Positions 13,760-25,935 of a stretch of 64,000 bases of DNA are shown in pieces. This DNA is from Podarcis tiliguerta (taxonomy: Eukaryota): the NCBI GenBank assembly GCA_965153285.1, contig OZ229116.1; one strand, written 5' to 3'. The notes beneath the pieces are model-generated. The model was not told the origin of the DNA. It ran no database searches and worked only from the letters and a program-made list of their open reading frames with translations. Made by a program: the position numbers and the translations under genes. Each line of letters opens with the position of its first letter. The stretch's first letter is position 1.

Positions 13760-14031
13760 CTGGCTGGTTCTCTCAAAAACAGGCTGCTTCCTTTTCTCAG
13801 TTTCCTATGCTTAAGCTCTCACAATGATGAAGGAAACAACATGAGGTATCACTGAGGAAGAATAAACTGCCCTTGTTCTTATATTTGTGCAAAGCAAAAG
13901 AGATTTTTCCTTTTCTGCAAGAGTTCCCTGTCTCTGTGCTCTTCAGTTGGCTTGATCTGAATAGCAGGGATGGGAGTTACTGCAGTCTAGGAAGCTTCAC
14001 TGGATCTCTATCCTCCCTCTGGCTCTCATAC

Positions 14032-14072
14032 TGGCCAACACTGACACTTAGAGGACCACTCAAGGAACTGCA
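14032..14072 (-). promoter_or_regulatory. CSE / CTCF site of exon 3 (box variant CAGT)
   Basis: Identical to the exon 1 site; box 281 bp upstream of the ATG. Confidence 0.8.
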
Positions 14073-14825
14073 TTTTGTTCTATGAAAATAGACAGAGGTG
14101 AGTAAATGCAGATGTTTCTACAGCACATACTGTACCTTCCTTTCTGCTCACTGAGTGGAGCATTTCAGAAGGCTTTTCCTTGGTGTTCTTTCTTAGTGTA
14201 CAGCTACCCTCATTTATGTTCGTGGCTTTTCAGTACTGTGAAAATTGGGGTTGTATCTAATACTGCAATTACATGAAGGTTATGCAAATCTTCATTTTTT
14301 ATTGGAAATATGGACACATTATTATTAATATATAAAAATCCAGTTACATAGTAAAACATTTTCTTAAAATTAATGTATTACGATAATAGTTATGCTGTAG
14401 TAGCACAAGAGCTGTAAGTCTACTGTATTTTTTTCTTAAATAGAATTAATATAAACACCCTACTGAAATTATTCTCTTTTTTTATCTCTCCTAAGTTGTT
14501 GGATGTCTGTTCATCAACATTTATGGAACAGAGCACAAGTTCTTCTCAGTTTTGGGTAGGAATTCCAAGAGTAACTTACTATTCCAAGAGTTCTCTCTCT
14601 GTCTGTTGAGGATAAGATAAGAAGCAACACCTACAGCTTCTGTCTAGGCAGCACTAGGTAATAAAAGTGTGTTCACTGGTATTGGTTCTACATCAGACTC
14701 TGCCACCTGCCTCCTACCTGCTGGTGACACAAATGTCCTTGCTTAGCAGTTGCTCCCCTGTGATCAAAGCAGGAACACAGCACAAGTGCAGAACCAATGG
14801 CTGTAGCTGCTCTACCAGTAGTAAA

Positions 14826-15000
14826 AAAAGGTAAAGGATCCCTGGATACTTAAGTTCAGTCAAAGGCGACTATGGGGTGGCGGCGCTCATCTCTCTTTCA
14901 GGCTGAGGGAGTCGGCATTGGTCCACAGACAGCTTTCCAGGTCATGTGGCCAGAATGACTAAACAGCTTTTGGCACAACGGAACACCTTGACGGAAGCTA
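14826..15000 (-). mobile_element. 5'-truncated Sauria SINE
   Basis: aaaggtaaagg tail (ACCTTT repeats on the minus strand), gcggcgctcatctc and ggtcatgtggccag motifs shared with the full copies at 21496 and 63291. Confidence 0.8.
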
Positions 15001-15480
15001 GGCATGATCCAACAGGATAAAATGTTTGTTGGACACGTTACACATGATTTCATATTATGATAATAACATCCTGAAGTTTGGGAACTGAGAACAGTGGAGA
15101 GACAAGAGGTATGGGAAGAAATCAAGAGTGTCTAATTGAAAGAGCATATTATAGAGGTTTTATTAGAAACTAACTAAAGTAATTTACTTTCAGTTTGTAC
15201 GCATTAAAGGTAATATTGCTTTATAGAAGATAATATTGCTTTATAGAACAGCCTTTATTGCTCCATAGAACAGCCTCCAGGACCATAAACCCAATCTGGA
15301 GATGTGTATGCTATTCAAATATTTTTGCCTGCCATATATCCCCTTGAAACTGGAACCCCATTGAACAGAATTGACATTTCCAAGTGATCACAACCAGAGT
15401 GCTGCCTAATTTTCAACATGCTTCTAGTTTTTCATCTGCTAGTCTATCACACACAAACATTGCACACAATTCAATTTCAT

Positions 15481-16245
15481 AAAAACATAAGAAAAGCCCT
15501 GCTGGATCAGGCCAGAGCTCTATTGAGTCCAGCATCCTTTCTCCCACTGTGGCCAACCAGATGCCCCTCAAAAGCTCTGCCCTTGGTCCACAGTCAGGGG
15601 TGTCTGCTACTAGACATAATATGGCCAACATGACAATGATTTTTTTTTCTAATCCCCCTTTAAAACCACCCAAGTAGGTGACCATCATTGCCTCTTGTGG
15701 TAGCGATTTCCATTGTTTGCTTGTTTAAATAAGTAAATTATTTAGAAATGGTTTATATAAAAACTAAATGTCTGGGTATACAATTATCTTTAAATTTTTA
15801 TTATGAACTCAAATGAAGTATATAGCCTTCATAAAGATCTGAATAAAGTATTTGGGTCTGCATTATCTTGAACTTCATTGCACCAATAAATAAAAAACAT
15901 AAAAACATAAGAAGAGCCCTGCTGGATCAGCCAGAGCTCTATTGAATCCAGCTCTGCCCTTGGTCCACAGTCAGAGGTGTCTGCTACTAGACATAATATA
16001 GCCAACATGACAATGATTTAAAACCACCCAAGTAGGTGACCATCGTTGCACCTTGTGATAGTGATTTCCATTGTTTGTTTAAATAGGTGAATTAATTAAA
16101 AATGGTTTATATAAAAACGAAATGGCTGGGTATACAATTATCAGTAAATTTGTATTATGAACTCAAATAAAGCATATAGCCTTCATAAAGATCCAAATAA
16201 AGTATGTGGGTCTGCATTATCTTGAACTTCATTGCACCAATAAAT
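15481..16245. repeat. ~400-bp tandem duplication starting with a CR1 3' end fragment
   Basis: Copies at 15481-15890 and 15901-16245, both starting aaaaacataagaa(a/g)agccctgctggatcag and ending cttgaacttcattgcaccaataaat. Confidence 0.9.
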
Positions 16246-16769
16246 TATGAAAAAACACACAGAAAGTTATCAGACTGCCTCCCCTCTCTGATTCTTACTG
16301 TATTAATTAGTTGAACCATTGATAAAATATTACATGCTGTAGTAATCCATTCCACTAAAGCTGGTGTGCTTAGCCCTGCCCTGCCCACAATTATAACAAA
16401 TAGTTGCTCTGGCCACAGACAGTAACTGTTGGAGTAATTATCTGTCTTCTGTTGTTCTTAATCCTTAAAGTAATCATATAAGACAATGAGAGGATCCATT
16501 GGCAAAGTGCATCCTCTTATTCTTTCAATTTCCCTTATCATGTACACCCACAAATTCTTAATTTAGGGACATGCCTCCCAAATATATTGCATCCTAGCAT
16601 TGGTCGAATTGTACTTCCAACATATTTGTTTCCTGTTCTATAAATGTGACGAAGCCCAGAAGTGTCATGTACCATCAAAAAACAAACTTATACAAGTGTT
16701 CCTTAAGAGTCACACTAATTGTTTGCTGCCATACTCATTTTCACTGATCTGTTGTTGCAATTAGTTGTC

Positions 16770-17050
16770 AACAAGGAATTCCATAGCTTAACTATGTATT
16801 GTATGAAGAAGGTTTTCCTTTTATCTGTTCTGAATCTCCCAATATTCAGCTTCACCCAATGGCCACAGGCTCCGGTAATATGGGGGAGGGGGATCTCTCT
16901 ATTCATTTTCTCAACCTCGTTCATAATTCTATACAGCTGTCTCACTTCCCTGGTTGTCTTTTATCTAAACTAAGTATCCCTACAGAAGTTGTTGCACCCA
17001 TCGATCATTTGGGATGCCTTTTTCTGTGCTTGCTGTATTTCACACAACTT
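16770..17050 (-). mobile_element. CR1 LINE ORF2 C-terminal fragment
   Basis: Minus-strand translation GHWVKLNIGRFRTDKRKTFFIQYIVKLWNSL matches the CR1 ORF2 end motif (RGH..KL..RF....RK.FF..R....WNSLP). Confidence 0.8.
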
Positions 17051-17486
17051 CTTTTTATGAATCCTCCAGAGAACCCACACACAGCCCCAAATTATACTAC
17101 AAATAAACAAGAAGCATTCATATTTTATGCATTCTTCTGTTACGTTGATCATAACAGGACAAATAAACTGTGCTTTGTGTGAGTGAAAAAGTACAAATCA
17201 GTATTTTTAATTGATGAGGGATAATACCCCACAGGAAGATTGAACATTCAAGCTGTATGCATGCCTACATTTCCTTTAATTCCAGAGATGAAGACTCACT
17301 CTGCCATTATTGTATGCCTCAGAATTTATGCTGCATCTAGCATTTCTATGTGTAGGGAAAGTTCTTCACAATCAGAACAACTGCGGTTAACACTGTAATT
17401 TAATTTTCCTGGCCCCTTTATACAGTAAAATGAAAAAAATAGTTTTATTCCTATAAGGTAAGGCCATTTCTGAAAGCAATGCTTAC

Positions 17487-19916
17487 CTGCTCACCAACCT
17501 CCTCTTTGGCACTGGCATCCCCACAGTTGCCATCCACAAGAACCACCTGAGAGCTATCATTGCATAGCAAGTCTTCTGCCACCTGGATATGGGGTTTGGG
17601 GAAAGAGATCTGCTCTTTCCTCATCTCTGACGATAGACAGAGTTGGTAGGAATAAGGTAAAGTTCCTTCTTCATAGTTTGGTGGAAATATGACCTGTGCC
17701 TTCGAAAAAGCATTAGGTTCAAAGCATTGGAATAATTTGGGATTTCCTGATTGTCGAAGTTTCATGACAATGACCAGTATCACCGTCAGGAGGAACAAAA
17801 ATGAGATCAATGCCAAAGCCAGCACCAAGTAAAACTGGAGGTCAGAATGATGCTCTGTGTCACTGGATTGCCTAGTCATTTCTGGAAGTGCCTCTTGGAA
17901 GTTCTCGGCAACCACGAGGTTGAGGACCACAGTAGCTGAGAGCGGAGCCTTCCCATTGTCCTTCACCAAGATGACCAGCTTCTGTTTCACAGCATCTTTC
18001 TCCAGAAGGGCTCGTGACGTCCTGATCTCTCCCGTGTGGGTCCCAATGGTGAAGAGGGCCGGCTCCGTGGCCTGCAGCACTTGGTAGGAGAGCCAGGCAT
18101 TGTGCCCAGAGTCTGCGTCCACAGCCACCACTTTGGTCACTAGGTAGCCTGGCTCTGCCGAGTGAGGAACCATCTCAAACAAGGCAGAGCCCTCAGCACC
18201 CGGGACAGGATACAGAACGCGAGGACTGTTATCGTTCTGATCCAAAATGTACACCCACACGGTGGCGTTGTTGCTGAGAGAGGGAGAGCCGCCATCTTGG
18301 GCCTTCACTTGGATCTGAAACTCCCGGAATTGCTCATAGTCAAAGGAGCGCTGTGCATAGATAGTTCCCATCTCAGAGTTGATGGAGACGTAAGAGGAGA
18401 GAGGCAGCTCCTCCATGTTGCTGTTGAGGATGGAGTAAGTGATACGTGAGTTGCGGTCCAGATCCGGGTCTGTGGCTTTGATGGAGAAAATGGAGGCACC
18501 TGAGGGATTGTTTTCTGGCACAAAGACACTGTAGGTTGATTTTTCAAAGGCAGGGGGGTTGTCATTGATGTCTGAAATCTGCAGGGAGATGGTTTTGTTG
18601 GAGGAGAGAGGGGGGCTACCTTTGTCGGTGGCCGTGATTGTGATGTTGTATCCTGAGGCTTTTTCTCTGTCCAAAGGACTGTCTGTGTGGATTTTGTAGT
18701 TGTTCTTAGATACTGATGATATTTTAAATGGTACATTACCTTGTAGATGGCATGTAATTTTTCCATTTTCTCCAGAATCCCTATCCTTTACATTGATGAG
18801 AGCAATTATTGTTCCAGAAACAGAGTTTTCTGATACTGGGGTGGATAAGGAGGCCACGATGATCTCTGGAGCGTTGTCATTCTCATCTATAATCTTTACA
18901 TCAACATTACAGTGAGCCACTAATCCTCCTCCATCTCTTGCTTCAACTGCCACTGTGTACTTTTCTATTTCCTCAAAATCAAGAGCTTTCTTAATTGTAA
19001 TTGTTCCACTTTGTGGATCTAATCTAAATTTCTGGTAGACTTCTTCTGGGACTTTACTGAATGTGTAACTGATCTGACTATTTGAACCTTCATCCCTATC
19101 AGAGGCTTTTACTTGGAGTATGGAGGACCCCACAGGGGAATTTTCCCTCAGGCTAACTGTATAAACTTCTTGAGTGAAGACTGGTGGGTTATCATTGGCA
19201 TCTGTGAAGTTAATCCATATCTGGGCAGTCCCAGTTTTTTTGGGTTCACCTCCATCAAGAGCTGTAAGGATCAACTGAAGCGAGTGCTCGCTTTCCCGAT
19301 CCAAAGGTTTTTGAAGGACCAACTCTGCATTTTTATGGCCATCTAGACTGTGTTTAATTTCTAATACAAAGAACTGATTTAGGTTTAACTGGTAGTTTTG
19401 GAGAGAATTAATCCCAATATCAGGATCTTCAGCTTTCCCAAGGAGAAATCTAGCACCTGGCAATGTGGATTCAATTATTTCCAGTCTAATATTGGCTTCT
19501 AAGAATTGTGGGGCATTATCATTAATGTCCTGAATTGCTACACTTACATGAAAAACGTTCAATGGCTTTTCAACCACAGCTTCAAAATCTATAATGCAGT
19601 GTGTGCTCCCTCTACACATTTTCTCACGATCTATCCTCTCATTCACATATAGGTTTCCATTTTGTGCACTGATAGTGAAATATGGCTTTTTACCTTCAGA
19701 AAGGATATGCAGGTTTCTGCTCTTCAGGTCTCTGGCATTCAGTCCTAGATCCTTGGCAAGATTTCCCACCAAAGACCCCTTTGCCATCTCCTCAGGGATG
19801 GAATAGTGAACCTCTTCCAAAACTGCTCCACAAAACAAAGATGATAATATCAGAAGTGTTATATGCCTTCCTGGTGTTTGAAAGCTCTCTCCATGAAGGA
19901 TTCCTCTCATCTTCAT
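17487..19916 (-). CDS. PCDHGB: Protocadherin gamma-B-like variable exon 4; 2430 bp, sister of exon 2
   Basis: ORF 17451..19940 (first ATG at 19916); donor CAG|GTAAGC at 17487/17486. Confidence 0.96.
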
Positions 19917-20154
19917 TTTCCTCTTCTCTTTGATGAGCACAGGATTTCAGATTTCCACAAAGACAGGAGATTTTCCCCAGTAAAAAAAAGAACTGGATCC
20001 TTTGGCTTAATTTGTATATGCTGCAGTGTTTTCTGTTTTCCAGCTGAAACGTTTGTTCCAGCGTCTGCTGGTTTTCCCGATGTGCAGTTTGGGACAAAGA
20101 GATCTCTCTGCAGAAAGCATCAGTGGAACTTCAGCTGCCCATGGATTGCCGCCT

Positions 20155-20195
20155 TGTCCAACAGTGACACTGTGAGTCTGAAGCAGAGAACTGCA
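20155..20195 (-). promoter_or_regulatory. CSE / CTCF site of exon 4 (box variant CACT)
   Basis: Identical to the exon 2 site. Confidence 0.82.
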
Positions 20196-21495
20196 ATCTT
20201 TTCCCAGTGATTTTTCTTCCCTAATTCATGACATGACAGAGTAGTATTTTTATGTAATGACTCAGACCATATTCTCATACAGGTTATGTGAATATGTCTG
20301 TTAGAAAGTGCTATCTGTTCACCATTACAATAGGTTAAAAGAAATCAGAGTCAAGTGAATATTTACAGCAAAGAAAAAGCAGTTATGAATTTATAGCACT
20401 ATTTCCACTATTTCTTTAGAAAAAAATCAGAATAGCATACTGCAGTATGAGAATAAAAGACTTTTAAACAAAGAAAAATATGGTATTAGGTATTTACAGG
20501 CATTTTAGACTGTGTGTGGAAAGCCTAAGTACGTGTCTGAAAATTGTGTTTATCTTTACATAATTTCACTGAAAATAGTGCCACATCTCAAGTCCTATTC
20601 TGTCACCTTATGTCCACACGATTTCTGGTCTGTTTGTGTAGCTTTCTCCTTCAACAGTTGTACTGTGTCAGTATTTACCTTTGCCATTTTCCCCACCTGC
20701 CTATTTGTCCAGTTACGATAGACACTTTGCTGATTTCATTTTCTTTGTGGTGTGTGCTTTTGACCTTACACAACACCCCAGCTACTTCACAATCTCACAG
20801 TTATGGTTCATCCCCTCTACATATGCAAACAATATGGAGACCCCTTTTTTGCCGGGGGACGTGATAGCACAACTAGAAAGCTACTCAGAAATCTCTACAG
20901 TACTTTCAGTATTTTAGGAAGCTACATGTCATCTCCAGCTGTCAATGCAACTTCATTTAATCAAGGAACAAATCTGCATACATAAGCCCTGGGTGTTATA
21001 TGCTGGACCTCAAATGTTTTGAGCTTTCCCTTCCATTTTTAAACTTTTTTTTCTTTGTTTACTGAGCACACTGCAATTGTCAGTCATGGTCCTGTGCCCT
21101 TATTCCTTCCAGCAGCAAGCAACAACCCTGGCAAGAACATCCCTCCATCCTCACATCTGCCCTACTGGCCATGAACCCAGCAGGGAGTTGGAGGGGGTGG
21201 TTCATTGCAGGCTTAAGGAACTCAAGAACCTGCTAAGATATCCCACAATGCTATGATCAGAAATACCGTTATCCATCTATTCATGCATTCATGTCATGTA
21301 AGCAGCATAGCTAACATGTTGGTAGAGCAGTTCAAGAATTCAACATGCTTTGTGTATATTGAGCTGGTCTCATGTAAATAGCAAAACTGTGAACCAGGAA
21401 TTCCATGGTATGAATTTTGCCTCTGACAGGCAAATAGACTTATATAAGAATTATAAGATAATGTGTCAAATCCAGACTCCATCATACCTAGAGTA

Positions 21496-21853
21496 AGGTA
21501 AAGGTAAAGGGACCCCTAACCATTAGGTCCAGTCGTGGCCGACTCTGGGGTTGCGGCGCTCATCTCGCTTTATTGGCCGAGGGAGCCGGCGTACAGCTTC
21601 CGGGTCATGTGGCCAGCATGAGTGAGCCGCTTCTGGTGAACCATAGCAGCGCACGGAAACGCTGTTTAGCTTCCTGCCGGAGCGGTACCTATTTATCTAC
21701 TTGCACTATGTCATGTTTCCGAACTGCTAGGTTGGCAGGAGCAGGGACTGAGCAATGGAAGCTCACCCTGTCGCGGGGATTCGAACCGCCGACCTTCTGA
21801 TCGGCAAGTCCTAGGGTCCGTGGTTTAACTCACAGCGCCACCCGCGTACCGCT
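21496..21853 (-). mobile_element. Full-length Sauria SINE (POMSINE-like)
   Basis: tRNA-like head with GGTTCGAATCC B-box, ACCTTT tail, TSD tcatac(c/t)tagagta at 21482-21495 and 21854-21867. Confidence 0.92.
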
Positions 21854-23237
21854 TCATACTTAGAGTAGCCCCACTTAAACAAATATGACTTAAATTAGTC
21901 TTGCTTGACTAACGTGGTCCAAGGATAACTAATTCTGAATCTGACCATTATATGCAATGCCCTTTGAAACATATAAATATTATATACACTGTAAGTATCA
22001 TTATTTTTGTCTAAATCATGAGGCAGAAATACATAACGCAGGCAGTGCAATCTGGCAGGTAGCATTATTTAAAAAACTGACATGGAAATTGAAGATAGCA
22101 AGAGGCCAGGGGAAATATGATAACTTTTATGCAGTCTTGGATGACTTTATAGATTATACAAACAATGAGGCCTGTGGCAGAATGGTGCCTTGGCCTACAG
22201 CAGTTTGGTGTGCATGAAGCACATATTTTATTTTATTTTTCCTCCTTCCTCCTTGCCTTTGTATAATCCCTGCAGACCAGCACTGCTGTTGATACAATAT
22301 ATATTTGTAGTTGTGGACAACAGTCAAAGAGATGGAGGTTATTACGTACCATTTTGTTTCTGTTGAGATTGAAATGATTTTAGAATATACACTTTAGCAA
22401 AGCTCTGTGGAGTATTCGAAGATAACTCTCTGGCTGTATGTAATTGTTTTATTTTTGTTTTAAATAAATTTAAAAAATAAATAAATGCACAATGCATGTC
22501 TTTAACAAAATATCCCACATTGTCTGTCTGCCTGCCTGTCTTTTAGACAGTTGTTTAGAAAGAGCTTTAATGCAATGTGGTTTCACTTAAAGGAATATGG
22601 GGGCTGGAAATATCCACAATCTACTCTAGAAGGCCAGTCAGTCAGTCAGTCAATCAGTCTTGACTTGACTTTTTTTTTACATCACTCATGCAAGAACACA
22701 CATGCCTATGAATTTGATTTTATGGAGAAGGAAGTAAAGCATAATTTACAGACACCTCTCAAAAGCGTATATCTTTAAAATCTATTGCTTTACAAAATTG
22801 CTAGTAATACTAATAACAGTGACAGTATTTTCTGCTATATAGCAAGGTGCCCTCCTTTGATTCTACAGCCAAAATTGCTGCCCCCCCCCAAAGCCAAGTA
22901 ATGTGAAAAACAAAGTTCTTTCCCTCAATTTATTTAAGTTAATGAAAGTAGTTGAAGGTCAACTCCTCAAAATACTAGTTGTTCAAATGACAACAAGATA
23001 AGTTCTACCAGATGGTTTCAAGGGCATGGCTCGAAGCTGCAATGCGTAGCTTCCCCATGGAGTGAAAAGGACGCATCCTGATTCATGAAAGCCAAATGAT
23101 GTAAGAGCCAAACTATTCATTTATATGATGAAAAACAAAAAGGCAGTCATATTAGCTGGATAAAAAGCACTCTGACAATGTCACTAATGGCAAAGAATGA
23201 TGGATAATAACATTTAATTTCAGAAAACAAACCTTAC

Positions 23238-25629
23238 CTCTTCTCCATTATCTACTGCAGAATCAAAATTGTTTCCTACATTGCCTGTAAAAGGCACAGC
23301 AGGTTTCTCACTGCCAATAATATTGTCTACCATCTGAACATTGGGTGTCAGGAAGGCAAACTCATTCTTCCTGGTCTCAGAAGACAGACACAGCTGGTAG
23401 GAATAGGGCAAAGTCCCATCTTCAAAGTTGGGTGGGAAGATGGCACCATTCTTGGAATGGGGAACAGGACCAAAGCACTGTAGGAACCTGGGATGCCCTG
23501 ATTGACGGAGCTTCATTGTAACGGCCAGAATGACAGTCAAGAGGAACAAGAAGGAGATCACAGCTAAGGCCAGCACCAAGTAGAACTGCAGGTCAGACTG
23601 ATAGTCCAAGCTGATGGGTTGGCTCTTCATTTCCGGAAGGGCCTCCTGAAAGTTCTCAGCAAACACCAGGTTCAGAGTCATGGTGGCCGAGAGAGACGGC
23701 TGCCCGTTATCCTTCACCATAATGACCAGTCTCTGTTTCACAGCGTCTCTCTCCACAAAGGCCCTGGCTGTCCTGATCTCTCCAGTATGAGAACCAACCG
23801 TGAAGAGTGCCGGCTCAGTGGCCTGAGTCAGGTGGTAGGAGAGCCAGGCGTTGTGTCCAGAATCTGCATCCACGGCCACCACCTTGGTGACAAGATAATC
23901 TGCCTCGGCCGAACGAGGCACCATCTCAAACAAGGCTGAGCCCTTGGCTTCTTGTGAGGGGGACAGGATACGAGGGCTGTTATCATTCCTGTCAAGAACA
24001 AACACCCTGACGGTCACATTGCTGCTGAGAGGCGGAGAACCCCCATCTTGGGCCTTCACTTGCAGCCGGAACTCTCTGAATTGTTCATAGTCAAAGGATC
24101 TCTGGGCATAGATGGTGCCGGTCTCAGAATTAATGGAGATATAGGAGGAGATGGGAAGCTCCTCGATGTTGCTGTTGAGGATGGAGTATGTGATCCGTGA
24201 GTTCTGGTCCACATCGGGATCAGAGGCTTTGATGGTGAAAATGGAGGCACCTGAAGGATTGTTTTCTGGCACGTAGATGCTGTAGGATGGCTTCTGAGAT
24301 CTGTAGTGAGATTATTTTGTGTGTGGAAAGAGGTGGAGTTCCTCTGTCACTGGCTGTGATTGTAATATTATATGCAGGAGTTCTTTCTCTGTCCAGGAGA
24401 CTGTCTGTCTGGAGCTTGAAGTAATTGTTAGATGAGGGAAGAATTTTGAAGGGTAAATCATCTTGTAAGTAGCAAGTAACCTTCCCATTATCTCCACTAT
24501 CTCTGTCATTTACATTGATCAGAGCAATAACAGTTCCTGGCAGAGAATCTTCAGGAACAGGACTGAACATGGAGGCTAAGGTCACATCTGGGGCATTATC
24601 ATTCTCATCAAGTACAGTTATTTCAATGTTGGATTGTGCCACCAATCCACCACCATCTTTGGCTTCTACTGTCATGGTATATTCTTTAGTTTCCTCAAAG
24701 TTGAGTAGTCCCGTAAGAGTGACTATGCCATTAATTGGATCCAAGCTGAATTTCTTGTGGGTGTTTGCTGCTATGTTGCTGAATTGATACCTGATCTGAG
24801 CATAAGAGCTTTCATCCTTATCTGAGGCTACAACCTGGAGCACAAGTGACCCAACAGGAACATTTTCAGGTAAATTGACTTTGTACACCTCCTGAGTGAA
24901 AACAGGTGGGTTGTCATTGGCATCTGTGACATTAATCCGTATCTGGACAGTCCCAGTTTTTCTTGGTTCGCCGCCATCCAAGGCTGTAAGGATCAAGTGA
25001 ATAGTCTGTTCACTTTCTCGATCCATAACTTTACTTAGCACTAATTCTGCATATTTATTTCCATCTTTTCTCTCCCTTACTTCCAAGGTGAAGTACTGGT
25101 TGGAGCTCAGCTGGTAATTCTGGAGAGAGTTCAACCCAATATCAGGATCTTCTGCTTTCCCAAGGAGAAATCTGGTTCCTAGAACAGTTGATTCAACAAT
25201 CTCCAAGTTGGTTATATCACTGAGGAACTGTGGTGCATTATCATTAATATCCTGTATAACTATTGTTATATGGAAAACATTTAAAGGATTTTCCATCACC
25301 ACTTCAAAATTAATAAGGCAGAGTGGAGTTGTGCCACATATTTCCTCCCTATCAATTCTGTCATTCACATAGAGGTTTCCATTCTCTGCATTGATACTGA
25401 AATACTGCATTTTGTTCACAGAGGCAGCATGCAGATTGCGCCTTCCGAGATCTCTGGCATTCAGTCCCAAATCTTTGGCAAGATTCCCCACAATCGAACC
25501 CTTTGCCATCTCCTCAGGGATAGAATAGCGAATCTGCTCTGAGGCAGCCCAGCCGGAGAAAGGCAAAAATAAGAGAAGCAGTACTTGCCTTCTGAATGTT
25601 CTGCCATCCTCTTCCTGCCTTTTGTCCAT
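23238..25629 (-). pseudogene. PCDHGB: Protocadherin gamma-B-like variable exon 5, frameshifted by a 29-bp deletion at the EC4/EC5 linker
   Basis: Split into ORFs 24220..25638 and 23220..24272. ATG 25629 to donor GAG|GTAAGG at 23238 is 2392 bp = 2421-29. The DINDNAP linker codons present in paralogs are missing at ~24293-24297. Confidence 0.9.
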
Positions 25630-25894
25630 CCAGATCACTGAGAAATTTTCTGCCTCCTTTTCTGCAGCTTGTAGTGACCAAATCAGTTTCTCAATAGCAC
25701 AGAGGAAATCTCTGTAAGTAAATATAAACTGCCTTCCTTCTTAGATTGTGAGGATTGGGAGCCTTTTCCTTTTTTTCAGCCAGACTGCAACGCCTTTGTG
25801 TTTTTCTCTTTGCCCAGTCTGTACAGAACTGATGAAACACTCACTTTGTAGGAGAAGCATAACTAGATCTCCATCCTTTTTTCTGGCACCACAC

Positions 25895-25935
25895 TGGCCA
25901 ACAGTGACACTCTGAGGCTCAGAGAGAGAATTGCA
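25895..25935 (-). promoter_or_regulatory. CSE / CTCF site of exon 5 (box variant CACT)
   Basis: TGCAATTC-N21-CACTGTTGGCCA, 274 bp upstream of the ATG. Confidence 0.8.

Noticed and set aside
23220-24272. 350-aa ORF as an independent EC5-EC6-TM gene
   Set aside because: Starts at GTG, has no signal peptide or promoter, and is the distal half of frameshifted exon 5.
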